Assembly (NCBI GenBank): GCA_965215505.1
Contig: OZ244065.1
Span: 2,624,001 to 2,688,000, forward strand
Direction: 5' to 3'
Source: Capsulimonadaceae bacterium
GTDB taxonomy: Bacteria; Armatimonadota; Armatimonadia; Armatimonadales; Capsulimonadaceae
DNA length: 64,000 nucleotides
Shown here: positions 30,059 to 37,037 of the stretch, one piece after another
Numbering within the stretch: position 1 is the first letter of the stretch
Layout: every line of letters starts with the position of its first letter
Translations under genes and position numbers: made by a program
Notes under the pieces: model-generated
The model's database searches: none
Told to the model about the DNA's origin: nothing
Seen by the model: the letters and a program-made list of their open reading frames with translations, nothing else

Positions 30059-31495
30059 CTAATCGCAGTGGCGCACGGCGGGGTCCAAAGGCAGCGTGTA
30101 CGGGAACAGGCCGAGGCGCAGGAGACGGGGCGGGCGCTCCGACATCTCGCGGGCGTAATCCTGGACTTCGTGCCGCCGCCCTCCCTGCATGTAAACGACA
30201 CGGATGATCGGTGTGGGCTGGGCCGTGCGGCAGAACAGCCGCAGCCCCTCGTGGAAGAAGTAGTCGGTATACTGCCACTGATCCGGCTGCCCCAGGCGCT
30301 CCAGGGCGGACGTCAATACCTCCCCCCAGTCTCCCCCGGCGATGTCCGGCAGGCCCTCGATGGACTCGATTCTGATGTAGCGCCCCGCCCCCAGCGGGCG
30401 CCAGCGCGCGGGCCAGAGCAGGTGGCTCCAGGGGTCGGGGCGCAGGTTGCTGAACATGGCGAAGCTGAAGTTGGTTTTGAGGCCGAGGTAGGGAGCCAGG
30501 CCATTCAGCAGAAAGGCCGACGTCAGCAGCAGCAGCAGCGCGCGCTGGTTCGGGCCGCCCCAGGCGAACGTGGCCCGCAGCGGCCCGGCGTGCAGCAGGG
30601 CCAGGCTGACGGCGAGGGCGGCGAGGAAGTAGACGCCGAAGAAGAGCTGGTGGCAGTAGGCGGGTACGCGGCGCTTGAAGCCGTAGCCCCCGAAGCGGTG
30701 GCCGATGTAGAGGCCGAGCAGGAGGTACAGGGCCATCCTGGTCCGGCTCAGGGCGAACGCCGAGGCCAGCAGGCGCGGCCAGTCGCCGGGCGCGACGAAC
30801 GCGGACAGCCCGGCGTACATGACGGCGGCGAAATGGACGTGAACCAGCAGCCCCAGAGGCAGGTGGAGCAGGACGGCCAGGAGGATGCCGAGCGGGCGGG
30901 TCGCCGGGAACAGGAACAGGAGCGGGATGATTCCTTCCAGGGCGAGGATGGCGTAGATGGAGAGGAAACCCTGAATTTTGAGCAGGCCGGGGTGGCGGAT
31001 GTTGACCCGGTACTCGAGGTACTCGCGGCCGAGATAGCTGCCGCAGCTCATGCAGGGCGACAGGTATTCCGGGTTCAGCTTGTGCAGGAAGGCCAGGGCA
31101 TAGGTCAGGCCGACCACGATTTGGACGCCGGACAGGAAGAAGGGCGTCGGCGATAGCCCGCGCCGCTCGGGGGCCTGGAACAGCAGATCCAGGCAAAGCA
31201 GCAGCCCCATGAACCAGGCCGCGACGAGGTGGTTGGACAGCCGGAGCGGGTAGGAGGCGATCAGCAGGGAGAGCGCCAGGAGCAGCAGAGGATACAGCTC
31301 CCATAGGGCGGGCCGGACGAGCAGGACCAGGCAAAGGCTAACCAGCCCGCCGTGCAGGGCGATCATCCCGCGCCGTGAGAGGTTCAGGCCCAGGGTGGGC
31401 AGGAAACAGGTCGTGAAATAGGCCCGGCCCTGGGTGAAGAGGCCCGTATTCTCGTGGAGGAGCAGGGCGAGGGCGAAGAGACGGACGAAGAGCAT
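30059..31495 (-). CDS. Multi-TM membrane protein, HTTM-like (horizontally transferred TM domain)
   Basis: SNH, YALAFLHKLNPEY, LLH, PYLGLKT.FSFAMFSNL pattern resembling HTTM-domain proteins. Confidence 0.6.
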   Translation of the reverse strand: MLFVRLFALALLLHENTGLFTQGRAYFTTCFLPTLGLNLSRRGMIALHGGLVSLCLVLLVRPALWELYPLLLLALSLLIASYPLRLSNHLVAAWFMGLLLCLDLLFQAPERRGLSPTPFFLSGVQIVVGLTYALAFLHKLNPEYLSPCMSCGSYLGREYLEYRVNIRHPGLLKIQGFLSIYAILALEGIIPLLFLFPATRPLGILLAVLLHLPLGLLVHVHFAAVMYAGLSAFVAPGDWPRLLASAFALSRTRMALYLLLGLYIGHRFGGYGFKRRVPAYCHQLFFGVYFLAALAVSLALLHAGPLRATFAWGGPNQRALLLLLTSAFLLNGLAPYLGLKTNFSFAMFSNLRPDPWSHLLWPARWRPLGAGRYIRIESIEGLPDIAGGDWGEVLTSALERLGQPDQWQYTDYFFHEGLRLFCRTAQPTPIIRVVYMQGGRRHEVQDYAREMSERPPRLLRLGLFPYTLPLDPAVRHCD

Positions 31496-31514
31496 CGTTG
31501 AAGTACACGATCCG

Positions 31515-32258
31515 TTAGAGTACGCGGCGGGGCAAGCGCGGCAGGCCGGGCTGATTCGAGACTATGCGGAGCGCGAAACGGCCCGCGCTCCGCAGCACGA
31601 GGCAGAGCCGCTCGGTCACGCGGGCACACCGGAACAGGATCGCCGCTCCCCTGCTGTAGCGCGTCCCGACCTGCGCGCGCACATGAGCGTCGGCCTCGAC
31701 GGTCGTCATGGCAAGCCCCGCCCGGTACAAGCGCGGCGTGGTCATCGCGACGTATTCACTGGCGATGCACAGCATCTGGGCGTCGGCGGGGATGTCCTTC
31801 CCGTGACGCCCGAAGGGGTAGCCGCTGCCGTCAAGATACTCGTGATGATACCGCACGGCGTCGGCGGCGGGACTGAGTACGGGGATAGCATCCAGGATGG
31901 CCGCGCCGACCCGGACGTAGTCGCGCAGGACGAAGCGGTCAGCGGGGCCGGGTGGACAGGCGGGGCTGTTCAGCAGACCGTAGGGGACGCTCACCTTGCC
32001 GATCCCGTGCAGGAGGGCGGCATATTCCAGGGTGCGCGTCCGAGCGAAGCCCATGCCGCGCCAGCGAGCCATCAGCACCACATAGCGCGCCGTCTTCTCG
32101 GCGTGGCCGAGCAGGTGCGGCTCGCGCGCCTCGACGGCGCGGGCGATGGCGATGAATGTCTGCCGGTAGGAGTGGCGGATGCGCCACGGCAGGTAAAAAA
32201 AGATGGCGAGCAGAGCGGAGGTGAAGGCCACGGCGGCCACGATGTCGAACAGCTTCAT
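31515..32258 (-). CDS. HD-GYP-domain protein, degenerate (HD to HG), one TM helix
   Basis: EARE..GH, LLHGIGK, HHEYLDGSGYP. Confidence 0.85.
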   Translation of the reverse strand: MKLFDIVAAVAFTSALLAIFFYLPWRIRHSYRQTFIAIARAVEAREPHLLGHAEKTARYVVLMARWRGMGFARTRTLEYAALLHGIGKVSVPYGLLNSPACPPGPADRFVLRDYVRVGAAILDAIPVLSPAADAVRYHHEYLDGSGYPFGRHGKDIPADAQMLCIASEYVAMTTPRLYRAGLAMTTVEADAHVRAQVGTRYSRGAAILFRCARVTERLCLVLRSAGRFALRIVSNQPGLPRLPRRVL

Positions 32259-32267
32259 GGGAAGGCT

Positions 32268-33818
32268 CTAACCTCCCATCGCCGCGGCCATCGCACCCGA
32301 GTGCGGCGGCACGGCCCAGAGCGAGTCGTCGGCGAGGCCCGGCTTGGGTGCGGGCTGCTGCCCGCTCTCTTCCAGCCGTCTCTCGCGCTGAAGGATGGTG
32401 ATGAAGACCTCCACGACCTGCGCGTGGAACTGTGTCCCGGCATGGCGGCGCAGCTCGGCGATGGCGGCCTCCTGCGTCATCGGCTGTCGGTAGGGCCGCT
32501 GGTCTTCCTTGGCCGGGCCACCCACCATGGCGTCGAAGGCATCCACAACGGAGATGATCATGGACTCGACCGGAATCTCGTCTTCCGCCAGGCCGTCCGG
32601 GTAGCCCTTGCCGTCGGGCCGCTCGTGGTGGTGGCGTATCCAGTGTCCGACCCGGTCCATCACGCTCATCTGGATGACGAGGTCCGCGCCAGTGACCGGG
32701 TGCAGGCGGATCATCGCCCAGTCGTCCTCCGTCAGTTTGCCCACCTTATTCAGCACGCGGTCGTCTACGGCGACCTTGCCGATGTCGTGCAGGATGGCGG
32801 CGTCCTCGATGTGCTGCATGGAGGAGGCGGGCAGTTCCATGTCCTCGGCGATGCGCTTGGCCCAGTGCGCGACTCGGTGCAAGTGCCCGTGCGTGTACGG
32901 GTGCGCCTCCTGCATGATGCGCCCCAGCAGATCCACCCCCTGCCTGTAGGCCGCCAGCGTCCGCTCGTGGGTCACCGCCGTCATCCGCAGGGCGTAGACC
33001 GGCACGATGATGAAGCCGATGCCCAGCCACTGGTTCTGGTCGTAGAGCATCGCGGTCAGGAGGCCGACGGGAGACATGAAAACGGCGCTTGAGAGCATCC
33101 AGCGCACGTTGTCATGCCAGATGATGTCCCAGCGCTTCCCCTGATAAGTGCTGACCAGAGTTGTGGTGATCAGCGTATTGACGATGAAGGCGAGCAGAGC
33201 GCAGAGGGGCAGCGCGAGACAGACACGCCAGTCCGGTGTTTCCCCAAGTCGAACACCGTTTTTAGAGAAACCCAGACGCTCTATCATCACATAAAGGAGC
33301 GCACTGCCGCCAAGCGAGATCACCTGTGTGGATATGTTAGGGATATAATACTTGATCTGGAACCGACGAGAGCGGGGGAGGCCGACGGACCCGCTCGCAA
33401 GCACCGAGACAGCGGCGGCGAGTACGACGGCAGTGGCCCCGTAAAGTCCGGCCATTGAAAAAAGGATGGGGATGACCGGGTAGGTGAACATCTTGCTGCC
33501 CGGCAGGCGTGCGGGCAGCAGACTGACGACAATGGCGAGCGCGGTCAGCACAGCCACGTTCGGTAGGACGCCCGGTGAGAGGGGGCTGTTCCAAACACAG
33601 AACAGAGCGACGAGCAGCGCCCCGCCGCCAAGCCAACGTCGCAAATAGGCGTAAGATTCCCGCGAAGGCTGGCCCAGCGGGGAGTCCGTCGTTTCCGGCT
33701 GTGGTTGTGCGATGGGCGAAGGCACTGACATGAAAGATACAGCTATTCCTGCGGCTAACGAACGCCGTATTTCACGGGGCGGAGGGGCTTCCGGGTGAAT
33801 CTCGGCGGGACGCGCCAT
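32268..33818 (-). CDS. Membrane-bound HD-GYP phosphodiesterase with multi-TM sensor domain
   Basis: About 7 TM helices then PYTHGH, ILHDIGK, HHERPDGKGYPDG, VVDAFDAM..RPYR; start 33818 or 33731. Confidence 0.9.
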   Translation of the reverse strand: MARPAEIHPEAPPPREIRRSLAAGIAVSFMSVPSPIAQPQPETTDSPLGQPSRESYAYLRRWLGGGALLVALFCVWNSPLSPGVLPNVAVLTALAIVVSLLPARLPGSKMFTYPVIPILFSMAGLYGATAVVLAAAVSVLASGSVGLPRSRRFQIKYYIPNISTQVISLGGSALLYVMIERLGFSKNGVRLGETPDWRVCLALPLCALLAFIVNTLITTTLVSTYQGKRWDIIWHDNVRWMLSSAVFMSPVGLLTAMLYDQNQWLGIGFIIVPVYALRMTAVTHERTLAAYRQGVDLLGRIMQEAHPYTHGHLHRVAHWAKRIAEDMELPASSMQHIEDAAILHDIGKVAVDDRVLNKVGKLTEDDWAMIRLHPVTGADLVIQMSVMDRVGHWIRHHHERPDGKGYPDGLAEDEIPVESMIISVVDAFDAMVGGPAKEDQRPYRQPMTQEAAIAELRRHAGTQFHAQVVEVFITILQRERRLEESGQQPAPKPGLADDSLWAVPPHSGAMAAAMGG

Positions 33819-33836
33819 CTTCCTAAGATTTTATAA

Positions 33837-34124
33837 GGGCTGCTGGAGAAGAAAGGACATAACTCGCTCGAAGGTTAATCAGGCCACTGGCGCATGAACA
33901 AGCCGACAGTCGCCTGCAATTTATGATTGCAGGTATGTGTGAGCTAGTCCCAAGGCCAATGCACGATGACGCCGCAGCCGGTGATGGCGGTGGTTACGGT
34001 CTTGATGATGTGAGTGAGCTTCTTCAAGTTAGTATCCAGATTTGTCACGGACGTGCCGATCTCTCGGACATCGTTCCGTCTCCGCTCGTGAGGCCCCTCG
34101 GGCCTCGTTCGCCTCCAGCAGCCC
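33837..34124 (-). other. Putative structured leader/RNA closed by a perfect 12-bp inverted repeat
   Basis: GGGCTGCTGGAG (33837-33848) vs CTCCAGCAGCCC (34113-34124); internal hairpins 34090-34106 and 33913-33933. Confidence 0.5.
33944..34027 (-). CDS. Putative 27-aa peptide MKKLTHIIKTVTTAITGCGVIVHWPWD
   Basis: TTG start preceded by TGGAT, host-like C-ending codons, basic N-terminus, Trp-rich end, downstream hairpin 33913-33933; alternative GTG start 34048. Confidence 0.55.
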   Translation of the reverse strand: MKKLTHIIKTVTTAITGCGVIVHWPWD

Positions 34125-34184
34125 AAACCGTATTCATTATTCCATTGTCACAGTGAAAATCACAGGGATTTTTTGTAGATTTTC

Positions 34185-34886
34185 CTAGAACTCGTCCTCC
34201 ATGAATGCCAGGCTCACGCGCCGGTTGACCGCGTCCAGCGTGGCATTGACGACGGCCTTCCAGACATCGTGGCGGACCAGAGCGGAGCCGGTCAGAAGCT
34301 CCTCGCCTTTGGGGGACGTCAGGGCACTGACAAGGACCGTCACCGCCTTACGACCGGCCAGCGGGACCTCGGTCTGCAAGTCTTCCACCACCATGGTCCC
34401 GTCCTGGTCGTGTGCGTCCTCGACGGCCCGGATCGCCGCCGTGGCGATCAGGCGCATCTGATTGTAGGAGGAGGCGTGGCCGATCGCGATGCCGGTAAAA
34501 AGGGCGTCCTCCCGCTTGAGGTGGACGATGGCTTCGCCGCGACTGCCGGTGACGGTGAGTGAGACGTCGGCGAAGCGCAGGCGGGGCAGCCCGGCCGTGC
34601 TGCCGCCGGCCAGGGCTGCGCGGCCCTGAGTCTGCGCGATGCTGATTTTCTTGTAGTCGAGTGCGATGTCCAGGTGTGCGCGCAGTGCCGATTCGATGTC
34701 CCGCGCGATCTGCTTGGGGGCGCGCTTGGGGTTGACCAGCACATGCAGCTCATCGATGTGGCCCGACGGCCCCAGGACGGCCCGCGTGGAGACGATGTCC
34801 TTGAGCTGACGCACGACGTCTTCGACCTGTTCGGCGGAAACGTAGCGGCGCGAGGTGGTCGCGAGGTCTCCGGGCGGCATATCCAA
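34185..34886 (-). CDS. Conserved hypothetical protein (ELHVL..PKQIARDIESAL family)
   Basis: AAGGAG RBS; motifs LHVL..RAPKQIARDIES..KKISIAQ and LLTGSALV..AVVNATLDAVNRR. Confidence 0.75.
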   Translation of the reverse strand: MDMPPGDLATTSRRYVSAEQVEDVVRQLKDIVSTRAVLGPSGHIDELHVLVNPKRAPKQIARDIESALRAHLDIALDYKKISIAQTQGRAALAGGSTAGLPRLRFADVSLTVTGSRGEAIVHLKREDALFTGIAIGHASSYNQMRLIATAAIRAVEDAHDQDGTMVVEDLQTEVPLAGRKAVTVLVSALTSPKGEELLTGSALVRHDVWKAVVNATLDAVNRRVSLAFMEDEF

Positions 34887-35028
34887 AATGGGGCGCTCCT
34901 TAAAACTGCTCAGGATACGAAGGGACAGTAAAGTGAAGGGACGTTAAAGTGGCCGAACAGCCTGCACTTCTATTGTAACACGCATTGCGCCATTTCAGGC
35001 GGGACTTGTATGACAAGGAAAATTATTT

Positions 35029-35805
35029 TTACAGGCAGAGCGCGATCCCGACTGCGCCCAGGGTGCAGAGGGCGTTGACAACGTCGTTGTTGACGCCCCG
35101 CAGGCCACGGAGCGGCGGCCCCGGCTGGGGCCGCTCGGTGAACAGACCGGGTCGGAGCGGGTCGGGCCAGCGGGCCTGCACGGTCGCCCCGAGCAGGCTG
35201 TCCAGCAGTGACCCGGCCAGCCCCGCTGCGGTCACCACGCCCCAGCCTGTCCCGCCACCCGCGAACAGCCCGAGGAGGGCGGCCCCGGCCAGCGCGGCCA
35301 GCGTCCCCGGCAGGCTCACCGCACCCGAGGTGCCCGGCGGGGCGGGGCGTGCCGTCCGCAGGTCGTAAGGGCGTCCGCCGAGGGCGGACCCGATCTCCGT
35401 CGCCCAGGTGTCGGCGTTGGCGGCGGCAAGGGCGGCCAGGAACAGCAGGTGCGCGTGTCCCGCGCCGGCCTTCGGGACCGCAGCCGGCAGAAGGGCGCAC
35501 AGCGCGGCCACGCCGCCGTTCGCCAGCACCTGCCCGGCGTCGCGCCGCCCGCCCTTCTCGTAGCCCAGCCGCTCCTTCGTGCCGCGCCGCCAGCGGCTCA
35601 GGGCGGTGGAGGTGCCGAAGAACGTCAGCAGGGCCGCGGCCCAAGCCCAGCCGCCGACCCCGAAGATGACCGCCCCGACGCCCCAGGCCGCTAGAGCGCC
35701 GCTCCGCGTCAGCGCCCCCGCCCGGTAGGCGAGGGCCGCGACGGCGGCGGCGAGGAGGAGGCCGAGGAGCATCTGAGCGGGCAAGGATTGATGAAGAGGG
35801 GGCAT
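35029..35805 (-). CDS. DUF92 (TMEM19-like) membrane protein
   Basis: RDAGQVLANG, ANADTWATEIG, GTSGAVS..G, DSLLGATVQ, NNDVVN. Confidence 0.9.
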   Translation of the reverse strand: MPPLHQSLPAQMLLGLLLAAAVAALAYRAGALTRSGALAAWGVGAVIFGVGGWAWAAALLTFFGTSTALSRWRRGTKERLGYEKGGRRDAGQVLANGGVAALCALLPAAVPKAGAGHAHLLFLAALAAANADTWATEIGSALGGRPYDLRTARPAPPGTSGAVSLPGTLAALAGAALLGLFAGGGTGWGVVTAAGLAGSLLDSLLGATVQARWPDPLRPGLFTERPQPGPPLRGLRGVNNDVVNALCTLGAVGIALCL

Positions 35806-35827
35806 GGCAGTTCCCCGGCTTTGGATG

Positions 35828-36021
35828 GACACGGGGCTGAACCCCCGTGCTTTAGCCTTGCAAGCCCCCGCCTGCGCGGGCGCAGCAAGATAAAGAGGGC
35901 GCAGCAAGATAAAGAGGGCGCGGCAAGATAAAGAGGGCGCGGCAAGCAGCGCCCCTACCTCTCTTATGCCCGCGAAGGCGGGAGTTTGCTTTACCGAAGC
36001 ACGGGGGTTCAGCCCTGTGTC
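35828..36021. repeat. Composite palindromic element: 25-bp terminal IR, 19-bp tandem array, GTAG-type REP
   Basis: GACACGGGGCTGAACCCCCGTGCTT vs 35997-36021 (24/25); GGGCGCRGCAAGATAAAGA x3+ at 35878-35946; REP ending CGCCCCTAC at 35958. Confidence 0.85.
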
Positions 36022-36024
36022 TCC

Positions 36025-36615
36025 TCACTTGCGCGAGACATACGGGCTGCCCGCCACATAGTACCGCAGGGGCAGGTCCACGCCCTGCGTGATGCCGATG
36101 CGGGTCGTCGTGACCATCTCGAACGGCGGGTACTCGCAGGGCACCACCAGCAGCTCACCGGCCGGGTCGGTCAGGTCCGCGTTATTATGCGCCAGCCGGG
36201 TCAGGGCCAATGCCTGTGCCAATTTGCCCGGCCCGTTTGTGAGCTGCCGCGTCTCCGCCATACCGCCTCGGTTCAGGCGCATCGCCTCGACGCCCTCGAC
36301 CGGCTCCAGAGCGCGGATCAGGACCGCCTCCGCCGTGCCTTCGGGCGCGCAGACGAGGTTGAGCATCATGTGGAGGCCGTAGGTGAAGTAGACGTAGGCA
36401 TGACCCGGCGGCCCGAACATCGCGCTGTTGCGCGGCGTCCGCCCCCGGTAGGCGTGGCAGGCCGGGTCGTCCTTTAGGTACGCCTCGGTTTCTACGATAA
36501 TGCCCGACAGAGTCTCGCCCGTGGGAAGGCGGCGCGTCACGGTCTGTCCAAGCAGCTTCTGCGCCGCCGCCCGCGTGTCTTGCAGATAAAACTCACGCGG
36601 GAGCGGGGCTACCAC
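36025..36615 (-). CDS. DNA-3-methyladenine glycosylase (MPG/Aag family)
   Basis: IVETEAY..DPACHA, MFGPPGHAYVY..YG.H, AVLIRALEP, NGPGKL, RIGI. Confidence 0.93.
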   Translation of the reverse strand: MVAPLPREFYLQDTRAAAQKLLGQTVTRRLPTGETLSGIIVETEAYLKDDPACHAYRGRTPRNSAMFGPPGHAYVYFTYGLHMMLNLVCAPEGTAEAVLIRALEPVEGVEAMRLNRGGMAETRQLTNGPGKLAQALALTRLAHNNADLTDPAGELLVVPCEYPPFEMVTTTRIGITQGVDLPLRYYVAGSPYVSRK

Positions 36616-36974
36616 GGCGACTCGATCTCCGCCCCGTCTTCCTCGGCGGCGGGCGTGGCGGCGACCAGCTCCGGTACGGCAGTGGGCGGGGCGGCCTTCA
36701 CCGCCTCTTCGGCTTTCAGCCTTTCGTAGAGGGCGCACGTCCCCGTCGCAAGTATCTCCTGCGTCTTGCCGACGATGGCCTCCCCGAAGCCGGAGATTTT
36801 CTTCAGCTCGCCCCGCGCATTGATGTCGGCGGCCGGCTCACGGAGATTCTCCAGAGTGCGGACGGCGTTCCGATAGGCGCGCACCTTGAACGGGTTCTCA
36901 CCCTGCCCTTCCAATATGTTCGCGATCTGCTCAAAAACGTCCGCGACTTCGGCGTTCGTGGGTGTGTGGTCCAT
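36609..36974 (-). CDS. Stand-alone DNA polymerase X/beta N-terminal HhH (8-kDa lyase) domain
   Basis: NAEVA..F..IA..LE..GENPFKVRAYRNA..KKISGFGEAIVGKTQEILATG; no polymerase domain. Confidence 0.85.
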   Translation of the reverse strand: MDHTPTNAEVADVFEQIANILEGQGENPFKVRAYRNAVRTLENLREPAADINARGELKKISGFGEAIVGKTQEILATGTCALYERLKAEEAVKAAPPTAVPELVAATPAAEEDGAEIESPW

Positions 36975-37037
36975 GCTGGCTATTTACCCGTTTGCGGGGC
37001 ATTCATACGTCCGTGCCCTTCCTATCCGTCCGCGCCC

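Noticed and set aside
33837-34124. tmRNA, RNase P, 6S or c-di-GMP riboswitch
   Set aside because: No T-arm or CCA end, no ANDxxYALAA-like tag, no GAGGAAAGUCC and no recognisable GEMM motif; left as an unclassified structured segment.
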